Shown: positions 1 to 11,072 of the stretch, piece after piece
How the letters are laid out: each line of letters opens with the position of its first letter
Position numbering within the stretch: the stretch's first letter is position 1
Sequence record: LT960552.1
DNA length: 64,000 bases
Strand: one strand, 5' to 3'
The notes under the pieces: model-generated
Seen by the model: only the letters and a program-made list of their open reading frames with translations
Databases searched by the model: none
What the model was told of the DNA's origin: nothing
Program-made: the position numbers and the translations under genes

Positions 1-119
1 GAAGAAATGACACTAGATGGAACTCGCTTAAGTGCAGTTCTTGGTGAGCATTATGATGTTCTTAGAAGTGGTAAAAATTATATTGTTGGAATTAATGGGC
101 GATATATCGTATTAAGATA

Positions 120-914
120 ATGAAAATATATAATATGTTAATTGCACTACATGAAAGTACTAAAACACCTTTACATCAATACGGTAATGTTGGTTTAAGT
201 AAGAGATTATATGTAAGAACTTACGAAATCAATAGAATTGGTAAAAATTATGATAACATCAATCGTAGTGATGTTGGTACTGAACTGGTTTTAAAAGCAT
301 ATTTGGCTCGTAAAGTTTATATTAATGAACAATACCTACGAGGTAGGTTTTTAATTGATGAACTATATGAGAAAGAAGTTCAGTTCACTAATGGTTTATG
401 GAGAATATTCTCAGTTGAAGTCTTTGGGGAATTGCTACCTGAACTACCTGTGCCGACAACATACAAAGAATTACAACATATTTTTGATCATAGTGATGTA
501 TATAAAGAGTTCAACTTATATACTACAGTTAAAGAAGCAGTTATTCATAATCAAATAGCAGATTCAGACAAATGCGTCAGTATGCGAGATTTTGATTTAT
601 TTTGCTCATTACCAGGTAGTACTGGTTGGACTTCAATACAACATGGTGCAAGTTTAGTTGATGGTAGAACTGAAGCTCCACAACGATTATTACAAGCATG
701 TATGGGTATGTACCGATATGAGTTTATAGGTTGCCCTGAACCGTATGAAAATTTTTGGAAAGAACGTGCTTCACTAGCAATGAAAAAAGCTATTGCAATT
801 TTAGAAAAATCATATATAATAAAATTTAGAAATGGAACGATGTACGGCATGACGCCAGTACCGGAACGATTTGAGCCAATATCGTCCTTCCATTGGAACA
901 TAAAAAGGACGTGA
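120..914 (+). CDS. hypothetical protein (264 aa)
   Basis: Long ORF followed by a terminator; no recognisable motif. Confidence 0.8.
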   Translation: MKIYNMLIALHESTKTPLHQYGNVGLSKRLYVRTYEINRIGKNYDNINRSDVGTELVLKAYLARKVYINEQYLRGRFLIDELYEKEVQFTNGLWRIFSVEVFGELLPELPVPTTYKELQHIFDHSDVYKEFNLYTTVKEAVIHNQIADSDKCVSMRDFDLFCSLPGSTGWTSIQHGASLVDGRTEAPQRLLQACMGMYRYEFIGCPEPYENFWKERASLAMKKAIAILEKSYIIKFRNGTMYGMTPVPERFEPISSFHWNIKRT

Positions 915-934
915 ATTTATTTTCGTCCTTTTTT
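902..934 (+). terminator. intrinsic terminator
   Basis: AAAAAGGACG...CGTCCTTTTTT inverted repeat with T tract. Confidence 0.7.
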
Positions 935-1004
935 ATTTTCTACTTGACAACTGTGTATTTTAAGCGTAACATGTATCACATGAACACAGCGTATCAAAAA
1001 GTAC

Positions 1005-1033
1005 TTGACAACATGCTGAGTCCAATATATAAT
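1005..1033 (+). promoter_or_regulatory. sigma70-type (early) promoter
   Basis: TTGACA-N17-TATAAT. Confidence 0.85.
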
Positions 1034-1066
1034 ATTTAGAGACAAAACATCCAAAAGGAAAAAACA

Positions 1067-1633
1067 ATGAAAACTGTAACTTTCGTATACACCCAAGGTA
1101 TTTCTTATAAAGCAACCAACGTTAATGAAATTAACTCTGATGGGTACACAGTAGATTATACTCGTCAGGTACAAAACGAATCTGGTACAGTTGTAGGGGG
1201 CGATTTTCGTTCAGTCAGTACTGAAGATTTGTTGTATGCTATTGTAAAAGACCATAGTACTGGTATTGTATCAATCATTCCTGGTATCTATGATAATTTT
1301 GATGTGGTGCCTAAAGGTAATGCAGTAACTCGTCAAGAAAACATCGATCGTGAAGCTGAAGACGTTGCTTATGCTCGTGCACTAAAAGCACCAGAACGTG
1401 CAGCAAAAGAACAAGCTAAATTCGAAGCTCGTCGTTTAGCACGTAAAGCAGCATGGGAAGCTAATAATGGGACTACTGAACCAACAGTACCAGTTGAGCG
1501 TTTTCAAACTGCTATTGATACACGAGTAACTCAAAAAGTTTCTGCACTCAGTTCTGCTGTTGAGCAATTGATTTCGGCTGGTGTGTCTGAATCTGATATC
1601 GAAGTACTTAAATCATTAAATGTATTAAAATAA
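1067..1633 (+). CDS. hypothetical early protein (188 aa)
   Basis: ORF with AAGGA SD downstream of a consensus promoter. Confidence 0.85.
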   Translation: MKTVTFVYTQGISYKATNVNEINSDGYTVDYTRQVQNESGTVVGGDFRSVSTEDLLYAIVKDHSTGIVSIIPGIYDNFDVVPKGNAVTRQENIDREAEDVAYARALKAPERAAKEQAKFEARRLARKAAWEANNGTTEPTVPVERFQTAIDTRVTQKVSALSSAVEQLISAGVSESDIEVLKSLNVLK

Positions 1634-1662
1634 TTTGACATTCAATTAAAAAAGGATATATA

Positions 1663-1863
1663 ATGGAAACCGGAAAATACATCGTAGTATCACGTGATAA
1701 ATCCACTCGTCGCTGTTCAATGTCAGCAACACCAATTGAACATGCAACTGAGGCTTTGGCTAAAGCTGAAGCAGCACGGTTAGCACAAAATAACCAAGAA
1801 AAAGATTTTACTGTGTTGCGTGTTACTGCAACAGCATCCGTTGATAAAGTTACTTGGCGTTAA
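1663..1863 (+). CDS. hypothetical protein (66 aa)
   Basis: AAGGA SD; followed by hairpin 1871-1891. Confidence 0.75.
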   Translation: METGKYIVVSRDKSTRRCSMSATPIEHATEALAKAEAARLAQNNQEKDFTVLRVTATASVDKVTWR

Positions 1864-1924
1864 ATTTCATGGGGAGTTAACATAACTCCCCAATTTTTAA
1901 GTTATATTAGCGAGATTAAAAATC

Positions 1925-3061
1925 ATGAAAGGCAAATATTTTTTCAAAGATGAAAATGGTTTTCCAGTCGAGATTCAAGAATTTGATTATGAATATGTTC
2001 GTAATTCTTTACTAAAGGTATTTGATAAAAATATCGCGAAGAAATATATCTTTAATGTTATCGTTAATCGCAACCATGATTCTCTTGGATTGCCAGTTTT
2101 TGATGTTCGTCCATTGAATTTAAATGATATCTATTATGATAGTACTCGACTTCGTGTACTAGAAATGATGTTAGATGATATATATTTTGGTCGCATTTCA
2201 ATTAAAGAATTACCAGTTCCTAAATTGCAGCATGAATACCAAGAATATTTAGAGGGACGTGCTAAACCAGCTCCAGTTCCTGCAATTCCAGATGTTCCTG
2301 CACCTATTGTTTTTACACGAGTTGAAATTAGTGAAAATGATGAACGTATTATGCAACTAGGAACAGTAGAATCAAATGTTCCAATTGTTCCAATGAAAGT
2401 ACTAGACTGGATTGACAACTTTGAAGTATGTAGTCAAGAAATGACTGTTAATACACAAAAGTTATCAGAAGAACAAATCCGTTTAGTTCAAGTGTTGAAA
2501 ACTAACAGTGATTACATTCATAGTGTATTCTCTAATTTAACTTCAGTACTTGAGGCAATGTTCCCATTAAAGCCATCATTCACACAACGGTTATTTGGAA
2601 CTACTAAAGATATCGAAGTTAAACAGGATGATTTAGGAACTATTTTAAACACACTACGCAGTGCAGTATCAGTTGACCCAAATCGGTTTAGTGGTATAGG
2701 GGAAGTGTTTAAAAATATTCAAAATAGTATTCAAGAAATAAAAAATACGGTTGAACAAGGTGTTATTGGATGTAAGTTTGTAATTCAAACCACTGAAGAT
2801 GCGTATGAATTTGAATTGCGTCAAGAACGTTTGATGAAAATTCGGGCAACTACTGAAATTTCAGAACTGTCACTTGTAAGTATCAATAAAAAGTTTCTAT
2901 CTGATTTAAATAAGTTAAAAGAAGTGCAAGAAGTTGTAGTTCCTTTACTTATTATCAAGTTACAAAATCAAGCAACTAAAAAAGTTGATGATGAAACAGT
3001 TAATATCATTCGTAATTTGGCATATAGTCGTGATTCCGAAAAAAGTTCAGACCAAAAATAA
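1925..3061 (+). CDS. hypothetical helical protein, possible TelA partner (378 aa)
   Basis: Helical C-terminal half with TQRLFG segment loosely resembling TelA-family proteins; adjacent to TelA. Confidence 0.55.
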   Translation: MKGKYFFKDENGFPVEIQEFDYEYVRNSLLKVFDKNIAKKYIFNVIVNRNHDSLGLPVFDVRPLNLNDIYYDSTRLRVLEMMLDDIYFGRISIKELPVPKLQHEYQEYLEGRAKPAPVPAIPDVPAPIVFTRVEISENDERIMQLGTVESNVPIVPMKVLDWIDNFEVCSQEMTVNTQKLSEEQIRLVQVLKTNSDYIHSVFSNLTSVLEAMFPLKPSFTQRLFGTTKDIEVKQDDLGTILNTLRSAVSVDPNRFSGIGEVFKNIQNSIQEIKNTVEQGVIGCKFVIQTTEDAYEFELRQERLMKIRATTEISELSLVSINKKFLSDLNKLKEVQEVVVPLLIIKLQNQATKKVDDETVNIIRNLAYSRDSEKSSDQK

Positions 3062-3088
3062 AATAATGGAAATTATTAAAGATTTTCA

Positions 3089-3117
3089 TTGACAGGTCAT
3101 TAGAGTGATGCTATAAT
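3089..3117 (+). promoter_or_regulatory. sigma70-type promoter
   Basis: TTGACA-N17-TATAAT with TG extension. Confidence 0.85.
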
Positions 3118-3173
3118 CTTTTACATCAAGACGGCACACTCTCCCATTAACTTAGAAATAAAGGAATTACACA

Positions 3174-4310
3174 ATGATTGACGATCATAATAATGGTTTT
3201 GAAGAAGAACGCCAAAAAGCAACTAAGCGTAATCGTAAACCACGTACAACAAAAAAAGCAGAACCAGTAACTATCGATCAAGATGTGTTTGAACAAGAGA
3301 CAAAAAATCTTCCAGTACTACGTGATGCTAAAGGCACACAAATGGAACTGACTGTATCAAATATCCATTCATTGGGTTCAGATGCTGGACAAAATATTGG
3401 TAAATTGTCAGAAGAAATTTTGTCTAAAGTTAAAGTTGCAGATACTGGCGAATTAGGTGAAGGTATTTCTAATATTCTTACCTTAACTCGCAAAGTAGAT
3501 ATTACTCGGTTAGGTCAACAACGTACTGGTATGCTTTCACGTGTTTGGAATATCTTTGGTGATACTAAGCAGAAAGTACTGGATCAGTTCGAAACAAGTA
3601 AAGACCAAATTGAAAAAATTACCAACACATTAGGTTCAGGTATTGACCGTATGCGTGGTGAAGCAACTTGGCTTGAAAATGCGTATGATGCTAATATTGA
3701 ATATTTGCATGAACTAGAAGATATTTTAGATAATGTCGATCTAGTAAAAGATATCGAAGATAAAAAGCTTGCAGTACTAATGGCAAATCCAGATACTGCT
3801 ATGAACGTACTGGATGAACAACGTATCATTACTGATGCATTAGATAAACAAGCTGATAAACTTCGTCGTTTAGTTCAACTAGCAAAATTGACTGCACCTC
3901 AAATTGCATCAATGCGTAAAGTTAACGTAAACACTGTTGAAAAATTTGAATCATTGAATACTGTTGTAATTCCTGCATGGAAAAATAATATGAGCTTAAG
4001 TCTCATTAGTTTGCAACAGAAAAAAGATAATGAATTATCAAATATGATTGACAATGAAACCAACCGTTTGTTAAAGGATAATGCAAAAACCGTGGCACAA
4101 AACATGAAAGATGCAGCAGCCGCAAACCAACGTGGTGTAATTGATTTAGGCACCCTACAATCAATTCAAAACGATATGTTGGCTGGTATTAAAGAAACAA
4201 TTCGTATCGAAGAAACAGGTCGCCAAGAACGTAAGCAAGCCGCTATCCAAATGCAAAAAATGGATAATGATTTGAAAACTGCATTACGTGATATTGCACA
4301 GAAAAAGTAA
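3174..4310 (+). CDS. telA: toxic anion resistance protein, TelA/KlaA family
   Basis: Coiled-coil protein with family-like segments (QIEKITNTL, TAPQIASMRKVN, VIPAWKNNMSLSL). Confidence 0.8.
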   Translation: MIDDHNNGFEEERQKATKRNRKPRTTKKAEPVTIDQDVFEQETKNLPVLRDAKGTQMELTVSNIHSLGSDAGQNIGKLSEEILSKVKVADTGELGEGISNILTLTRKVDITRLGQQRTGMLSRVWNIFGDTKQKVLDQFETSKDQIEKITNTLGSGIDRMRGEATWLENAYDANIEYLHELEDILDNVDLVKDIEDKKLAVLMANPDTAMNVLDEQRIITDALDKQADKLRRLVQLAKLTAPQIASMRKVNVNTVEKFESLNTVVIPAWKNNMSLSLISLQQKKDNELSNMIDNETNRLLKDNAKTVAQNMKDAAAANQRGVIDLGTLQSIQNDMLAGIKETIRIEETGRQERKQAAIQMQKMDNDLKTALRDIAQKK

Positions 4311-4331
4311 TAAAATAAGTACTAAAAATAT

Positions 4332-4357
4332 AAGGTTCCCAAATGGGAACCTTTTTT
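4332..4357 (+). terminator. intrinsic terminator
   Basis: AAGGTTCCC-AAAT-GGGAACCTTTTTT. Confidence 0.85.
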
Positions 4358-4373
4358 CATATGGAGAAAATAA

Positions 4374-4704
4374 AATGGATTCTATTTATACACAAGAACT
4401 TCTAGATAAACTATCTTCAATTTTAGTTGAATCAGATTTTGAAGATGATGAAGATGGTGATAATGATGAGAATATTAAATTTATAAAAGTTGAAGATGGT
4501 GATTGGTTTGATGAGGGTAAATGGTCTTATCGTGATGATACCTTTTTCTTTACTGATTTAAATGTATATGTAAATGTAGGACAATCCAGATCAGGTTCTT
4601 ACTATACAGACTATTATTATGATGATCCAAGTTTTTCATTTGTTGAACCTAAAACACAAACTGTAGTTACTACAATTTATGTACAAATTAAGGTAACACA
4701 ATGA
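4374..4704 (+). CDS. acidic hypothetical phage protein
   Basis: GGAGA SD before MDSIY; contains QSRSGSYYTDYYY motif common in small phage proteins. Confidence 0.7.
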
Positions 4705-5372
4705 AAAGTTATTGTTTAGACATTGAAACACTTGCTACTCCAGAATTATCAGGATATAGTATTGTAATTCCTAACTACGCTATTGTTAAAATTCCAGAAG
4801 TGCTAACTTCAGATTTAGAATGGATGTATGTTCAACTACCAATACAAGATCAACTTGATGTTAGTTTGAAGACTGATGCACCTACTATGAATTTTTGGTT
4901 TAATATTTGTGCACAAGAATTTCCACTTTCTTTATGTGAAATGCAAAAATCATTCACATTAAAGAATCCTAAAATTATTATCAATGGTGAAGAATCTGAT
5001 TCTTTAAATGTACCACTAATGCTTAAAACATTTATTCATGGTTCAGAAAAAATTGATAATAATGTAAAAGTATATGGTAATGGTTGTCATTTTGATTGTT
5101 CAATCTTACAAGATAATCATAGAATTTTATTCGGAGAAGGAAATTTATGGCATTATAGTGCTCCTAACAATATTAGAACTTTACGTTTATTACTAAATGA
5201 ACAACAAGAAGAAGATATGAAAGAAGCCGTGCTTCCAGTACTAGAAAAATTTTGTTCAAGTTTTAATGAACAAGGATATACTTATGATTTATGTTTACAT
5301 AATCCAATTTTTGATGCAGCAAAAGAAGCGTTATTCGCATCGTATGTGCTAAATCTTAAAAAATCCACTTGA
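4701..5372 (+). CDS. DEDDh 3'-5' exonuclease
   Basis: LDIETLAT, YGNGCHFDCSIL, HNPIFDAAKEA motifs. Confidence 0.75.
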   Translation: MKSYCLDIETLATPELSGYSIVIPNYAIVKIPEVLTSDLEWMYVQLPIQDQLDVSLKTDAPTMNFWFNICAQEFPLSLCEMQKSFTLKNPKIIINGEESDSLNVPLMLKTFIHGSEKIDNNVKVYGNGCHFDCSILQDNHRILFGEGNLWHYSAPNNIRTLRLLLNEQQEEDMKEAVLPVLEKFCSSFNEQGYTYDLCLHNPIFDAAKEALFASYVLNLKKST

Positions 5373-5397
5373 CATAAAATACCTAATACTATATAAT
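5369..5397 (+). promoter_or_regulatory. sigma70-type promoter
   Basis: TTGACA-N17-TATAAT. Confidence 0.85.
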
Positions 5398-5401
5398 ATT
5401 C

Positions 5402-6523
5402 ATGTTATCAACTCATCAGGTGAAAATCATGGATTTTGTAATAATTGCATTACCCGCATTATTAACATGTATAGTCATGAAGTTTATTTTTAAACATGAC
5501 ATCACAATGAAAGAATTTTTCATTCATTGTGGTGCTACTATTGCTGTTATTGGAATAATGATGGCTATTACATATGCAAGTATGTATGCATCAATGGCAG
5601 ACAATGAAATTTTAAATGGTAAAGTACTTTCAAAATCAAGGGAAGTAGAAATTTGTACCCAATACAGTTCATGTAAACATTATCATTGGCGTGAAAAATG
5701 CAATTATTACACCGATAGTAAAGGTAAACGTAAAAAATCGTGTGAATCATATAAAGTTTTTGATTATAGTTATGAAGTGGATTGGTATGTCAAAACTACA
5801 GTGGATAGTCATGAAATAGAACGTGTAAACCGTCAAGGTACTTCTATACCACCACGGTGGGAAATCGTAAAAATTGGAGATCCTGCAAGTACTACTCATA
5901 TGTATATAAATTACTTGTTAGGTAATGAAGATTCATTATTTTATCAGGAACAATACAAAAAAGATTTCACTGAAGAATATAAAAAGACTTTACCAGATTA
6001 TCCAAAAATTTATGATTATTATCGTATAAATCATGTTATTAATTTAACAAAAATTGATAGTACTGGTTTTAACGATTATATTAACAATGTTTTACGTGAT
6101 ATGGGTGCATCACAACAAGTGAACCTTGTTATTGTTATGTATCAATACGAAAATAAAAAGTTTGTTGAAGGTATAACAGCAAAATGGCGTGGTGGAAAAA
6201 AGAATGATGTTATCATGTTTTTTGGATTAGATGGTACTGGTATAGTACGTAATTTTAGCAGTACTTCATTTGGTAAAGGTATGAAAAATGAATATTTGCA
6301 TAGTAAATTACGAATGACTGCCCTTACTGAGAATATATCACTTGACTTAGTGCAAAAAACTGTGTATGATGTACAACAGAATTTCAAACGACTTCCAAAT
6401 GCGGAATTTGAATATTTGAAATATAAACTTGAACCTAGTCGTTGGGTTGTGATATTATGTTCACTCTTAGCATTAGGTATCTCAATTGGTATTGGTATGT
6501 ACATGAGGAAGTTAGATTTATGA
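5402..6523 (+). CDS. membrane protein (N- and C-terminal TM helices)
   Basis: Hydrophobic termini, Cys-rich extracytoplasmic segment; start could be the ATG at 5429. Confidence 0.75.
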   Translation: MLSTHQVKIMDFVIIALPALLTCIVMKFIFKHDITMKEFFIHCGATIAVIGIMMAITYASMYASMADNEILNGKVLSKSREVEICTQYSSCKHYHWREKCNYYTDSKGKRKKSCESYKVFDYSYEVDWYVKTTVDSHEIERVNRQGTSIPPRWEIVKIGDPASTTHMYINYLLGNEDSLFYQEQYKKDFTEEYKKTLPDYPKIYDYYRINHVINLTKIDSTGFNDYINNVLRDMGASQQVNLVIVMYQYENKKFVEGITAKWRGGKKNDVIMFFGLDGTGIVRNFSSTSFGKGMKNEYLHSKLRMTALTENISLDLVQKTVYDVQQNFKRLPNAEFEYLKYKLEPSRWVVILCSLLALGISIGIGMYMRKLDL

Positions 6524-7077
6524 AAAACATGACGATGGCTATTTTGTTAGCATTTTTAGTTGTAATTGTAATTGGTGGAATTGGAATTTTTGTTTCATAT
6601 ACTGGAACCTATGATACTGCAAACAATTATGAACATAATATTGAACGTCTTAACAAAGCAAGTGAATCTGAATTAAGTACCTTTACTCTTAAAGTTCAGG
6701 AACAAGCACAAATTCCAGCAATGTACAAAGATGATTTAAAAGATGTATTAAAAGGTTATTTTGAAGGTCGTGGAAAGCAAGATGATACATACGTTCGTTC
6801 ATTTGTAAAGCAAGCAATGCCAGAGTTATCAAGTAAGATGTACGAAAATTTAATGGTAACTATTGATGCTGGACGTGATGCATTTAATAATATCCAGAAA
6901 CAAAAAATTGATGCGTGTTCGGACTACGGTGAATATCGTGGAAAGTTCTGGAACAAAAAGATTTTAGCTGGTGAATTCCCATCAAAGAATATTGATGATA
7001 TGTGTAAAGTTATTAGTGATTCACGTACAAAAACTGCTTTTAAAACTGGCGAACAAGAAGTAATTAAATTACGTTAA
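6520..7077 (+). CDS. membrane-anchored protein coupled to upstream gene
   Basis: ATGA overlap; N-terminal TM helix; terminator 7083-7108. Confidence 0.75.
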   Translation: MKNMTMAILLAFLVVIVIGGIGIFVSYTGTYDTANNYEHNIERLNKASESELSTFTLKVQEQAQIPAMYKDDLKDVLKGYFEGRGKQDDTYVRSFVKQAMPELSSKMYENLMVTIDAGRDAFNNIQKQKIDACSDYGEYRGKFWNKKILAGEFPSKNIDDMCKVISDSRTKTAFKTGEQEVIKLR

Positions 7078-7082
7078 ATCAT

Positions 7083-7108
7083 AAAAAGCTGCCAAGTGGC
7101 AGCTTTTT
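7083..7108 (+). terminator. intrinsic terminator
   Basis: AAAAAGCTGCC-AAGT-GGCAGCTTTTT. Confidence 0.85.
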
Positions 7109-7123
7109 ATATATGGGACAAAT

Positions 7124-8608
7124 ATGATTAAATTAATACCCTTTAATATTTGGTATAATGATTTAGAAGAACTAATTTCTATTATTAACAACTCAAATTT
7201 AGAAGTACTAAAATATGCAAAATCATATAATTTTGATACATTTGCATTTTGTATGCCTGAAAATGAGTTGTTTCAATTTTCTATTCAAAAACCAGCAGAA
7301 CAATTTCAACAGACAGCAATTGGTATAAATGGCATATTGAATGCATCACCATACTTACTTTATTATTCGGTAACAGTATCCTTTACCAAAAACTTTATAG
7401 TTAAGTTAGAAGTAGTTGAGCATTGGAAAAGTCAAATTACTTCATATGAAAAACATACAATACATAGTGTTATATTTGACAAAGAACACATGTTGATAAA
7501 TGGCAACTGGTATAAAGTTGATTCACCAGAACCATTCATATATGATTTAAAAGATGAAGATATAAGTATTCTGGCAATTATTGATATTATGGAGAGGTTT
7601 AATCCACAATGATACATGAACTAATGCATAATAAAGATATAGATTATAATAAATTATTATCAGATACCTCTAAAGTACTTAAATCAATTTATGAGTTAGT
7701 AGACTTTAGTATTTTTAATTATATGACTGATAGTGAAGATTATATTGAAGTTAATAATGCTTTTAAAGTTATTAAAGATAAAAATAACATTATATTTTAT
7801 GGAAAATTAAATGAAGAATGCTTTTTAAGAATATGTTTTATTAATGAAAAACTTCAATTCGTTAAAATCGTTCATAATGCAAATTCCAAATTAATTTTAC
7901 AAATTCACATTGGTGATACAAAATTATTGATTAATGAAAGCTGGTTTGATAGAATGGAGTTCGAATCAAAGGCATTTCAACTGGACACTACTGAATTTTA
8001 TCCGTTCAGTTTACTTGAAATTAATGAATTGTTTAAAATTTTAGGAATTTAATATGTATACAATGGTTATAGTACTTCTCCTATCAGGAGCTAATATGTC
8101 TCCGACAGCAGTTACAATTGAAGGTTATACTTCATATGAAAATTGTAAAAATATTGGCGTTCCTGAAGTGAAAAAACGTTACGCAATGAGTTCAGTTCAA
8201 GTTAAATCGGCTGAATGTTTTTTGGTTAAATGAGGTGTAATTATGTTATGGTATATTCTTGTAATATTAATTTGTATTTCAGTAGATGTTTTAATTTGGT
8301 ACTTGTATCATTTATGGTTTCGTGAAGCTGAAGCTTTTGGATTAAAAGATTCTTTTATTGATGTACTTTTTGATAATCAAAAGAATTTTTGGAAATCAGT
8401 ACTTGTTTCTGTAATTATAGCTACATTAATATGTATTGTTCCATTATTTAAAATGGGTTCATGTTCTCTTAAAGGTTTTATAACAAATGCCAATACACAA
8501 TACTCATGGGTAATGAATGAATGTCAAGCTAAAAACGCCGCAGGGGTATATGTTGACATTGAACGCACACGTGGTATACCTTCAGACGATGTTCATGACG
8601 TACAATAA
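7124..8608 (+). other. four small hypothetical genes (7124-7612, 7609-8052, 8054-8231, 8243-8608)
   Basis: Tightly packed ORFs with SD sites or overlaps; terminator 8613-8635. Confidence 0.7.
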
Positions 8609-8649
8609 ATACAATCCCCCAATTGGGGGATTTTTGCTATGGAAAAGTT

Positions 8650-9135
8650 ATGTTTGAATTTGAAAAACCACCTATGTATAATCCAGATGAAGATGGGATT
8701 ACGCATATAAACATTTATAGTCAAGCTAAGACTGAACTTGGAAGACTACTATCTAACTTTGCATTATCTCCATTTATATATGAACCTTATGGTAAATTTA
8801 ATAGTGCTGAGGGTTTTTGGTATTGGTATCTTACTGGTAAACAACACGATACATTACGTTACTTATCAGGATTTGAAGCTAAAAAAGAAGGACGTAAATA
8901 TAGAAATGACAGGTTAGATGTATTAGGTTTAACCGATGATGATTTAGAAGTAATGATGCAAATGTTAGTACTGAAAGTGGCTTATAACCCACACATTGCG
9001 TCATTATTAAAAGAAAGTACTTTACCTCTCGTTCATTACTATAATTATAGTGGTAGAGTAATAATGTGTACTGAATTTGATTGGTTGTCTTCTGCTTATA
9101 CTGATATTAGAGAAGTACTAAACGAATCGAACTGA
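8650..9135 (+). CDS. NADAR-like hypothetical protein
   Basis: LSNF...FNSAEGFWYW motif resembling NADAR proteins. Confidence 0.45.
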   Translation: MFEFEKPPMYNPDEDGITHINIYSQAKTELGRLLSNFALSPFIYEPYGKFNSAEGFWYWYLTGKQHDTLRYLSGFEAKKEGRKYRNDRLDVLGLTDDDLEVMMQMLVLKVAYNPHIASLLKESTLPLVHYYNYSGRVIMCTEFDWLSSAYTDIREVLNESN

Positions 9136-9183
9136 TTGCTATTTAATCAGAAAAATAAATAGTGTTACCTTATTTTATAAAAC

Positions 9184-10983
9184 ATGGAGTGTTATATAAT
9201 GATTATTAAAGTTATCCAAAAAGTTGTGTCTCTTGAAGATTGTGTTTACGACATTGATGTACTAAACAAAATTCAAAAAGAAATTGGTTCTGAAAATGTA
9301 GTTACTTATTCGGTATCCCCAAAAAATATTGTTTTTTATGTTGAAGATCATGGTAGTCAATTCACGATTGATATGGAAGTTGAAACACAGACATATGTAT
9401 TGCCAGTAATTGCTGGATATGAATTATTTGAAAAATTCCCAAATGTATTCAAGAAGACCAAGATAACAGGTGTTAATTCATTTATTGATAATATTATTGT
9501 AGCTGAACTACACAAAGATGAAAATATTGATATTGACGAATATAAAAATAAAATGCGTAAATTAGTAAATTACTATATTGGAAAGCGTATACCAAATAAA
9601 CAAATTGAATTCGTTAATGGTGGTGTGCAAATTTTTGAACCAAATGGTGACATTGTAATATTACTTGATAAGTATGTTCTAGAGTTCGATCCTGCATCAT
9701 ATGATATTCAGGATGAATCTGAAAGAAACACAACTCTTATTCGTCGTTCAGAAACAATTCGTGATGATTATTTTTATACTTCAGATGAAGAAATTACTCC
9801 TGAAGAAATCAAAAAAATTTTCGATGAGACAAAAGAGTTTCTTGATGAATTGAAAAATAAAGAACAGCAACCTGACGTGAGCAAAATCGCTGGTACTGAT
9901 GCAATTAAAGATTTACTAAATGTGTTCGAATCAATCGAAAATGATTTACCTTATGCAGCAGCAGTTCTATCTTATAATGAATATGAAAAACATGTTCAAG
10001 CAATGAAAGAACTTCTAATTGATGTACGTAGTGCCGATGAAGATACAACTACTATGGCTCAGTCATCAATAAAAAGCTATAATTCTATGAATACAACAGA
10101 TAAACTTAATTCTGCACCTTCTAAAGAAGTTGTTGCATTACGATGGAGTAAGATTCCAGACGGTGCTACTGCTGGTGAGGAATATATTCTTAATGCACCA
10201 GCTACAGAAGCAGAGATTGAAGAATTAACTCAAGAAGAACTTCGTGAATTAACTAAAGTACAACGCAGTAATGAAGTTATTGAAGTTGAAAATGCAGTAA
10301 TTAGTTTTGATGCATTTGATAGTTACGCTTCTAAACATCATGTAATTGGATGGGATTTAGCAACACCAAGTACTTTATCAATTAAGTTTATTGAAGGTAT
10401 TACTCCAGAAAGTACTATTAGGAAATTTCACGATATGATGGATAATCTTGATACTGGTTGGATAAACAGTTATCAAATGAATAAATTAAAATCAGTTGAA
10501 GAAAGTACTAAATTCTTAGCCGATCTCAGAAATATGATTATTGATGAAAAAGATATTGCAGATGAATTTATATCTCGTGTAAACAAGCATAACATATTTG
10601 TACGTGATAGCATTTCTAAAATCCGTGCTTCTTTACTTGATATGGAAAATGATTTTGAACGTTCATTAAAAAATGAAGTTAATTTATCCATTGATTGGGA
10701 TAAACTAACTGCCTATGCAGCTAAAAAAGAACGTACTGAACATCGTGTTAAGGGTGTTCGTATTATTTCTGGCAATGATGGTGTAACATCTAATGTTGTT
10801 CGTGTTAATTCTGAATTCGAAAATGGTGATTTCTTCATTCCAATACATTTACTAACTGATGAAATACGTTCAAAATATGTAATTGAGAGTTATCCACAAT
10901 ACATTGAAGATGTTCCAGATTACGCATTCCATGAAGTACATTTAAATGGTCACTTCATTCTTATTGAAAATACCGAACTATAA
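9184..10983 (+). CDS. acidic hypothetical protein (~595 aa)
   Basis: Long ORF followed by terminator 10990-11019. Confidence 0.8.
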   Translation: MECYIMIIKVIQKVVSLEDCVYDIDVLNKIQKEIGSENVVTYSVSPKNIVFYVEDHGSQFTIDMEVETQTYVLPVIAGYELFEKFPNVFKKTKITGVNSFIDNIIVAELHKDENIDIDEYKNKMRKLVNYYIGKRIPNKQIEFVNGGVQIFEPNGDIVILLDKYVLEFDPASYDIQDESERNTTLIRRSETIRDDYFYTSDEEITPEEIKKIFDETKEFLDELKNKEQQPDVSKIAGTDAIKDLLNVFESIENDLPYAAAVLSYNEYEKHVQAMKELLIDVRSADEDTTTMAQSSIKSYNSMNTTDKLNSAPSKEVVALRWSKIPDGATAGEEYILNAPATEAEIEELTQEELRELTKVQRSNEVIEVENAVISFDAFDSYASKHHVIGWDLATPSTLSIKFIEGITPESTIRKFHDMMDNLDTGWINSYQMNKLKSVEESTKFLADLRNMIIDEKDIADEFISRVNKHNIFVRDSISKIRASLLDMENDFERSLKNEVNLSIDWDKLTAYAAKKERTEHRVKGVRIISGNDGVTSNVVRVNSEFENGDFFIPIHLLTDEIRSKYVIESYPQYIEDVPDYAFHEVHLNGHFILIENTEL

Positions 10984-11031
10984 TACCCAATATACCAGCT
11001 TAATCGCTGGTATTTTTTTAATTAAGATTTT

Positions 11032-11060
11032 TGGAACAGAAAAAAATGATCTGGTATAAT
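11032..11060 (+). promoter_or_regulatory. TG(G/A)AAC-N14-TGGTATAAT promoter
   Basis: Same spacing as nine other copies. Confidence 0.7.
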
Positions 11061-11072
11061 AGAAGTACAGAA

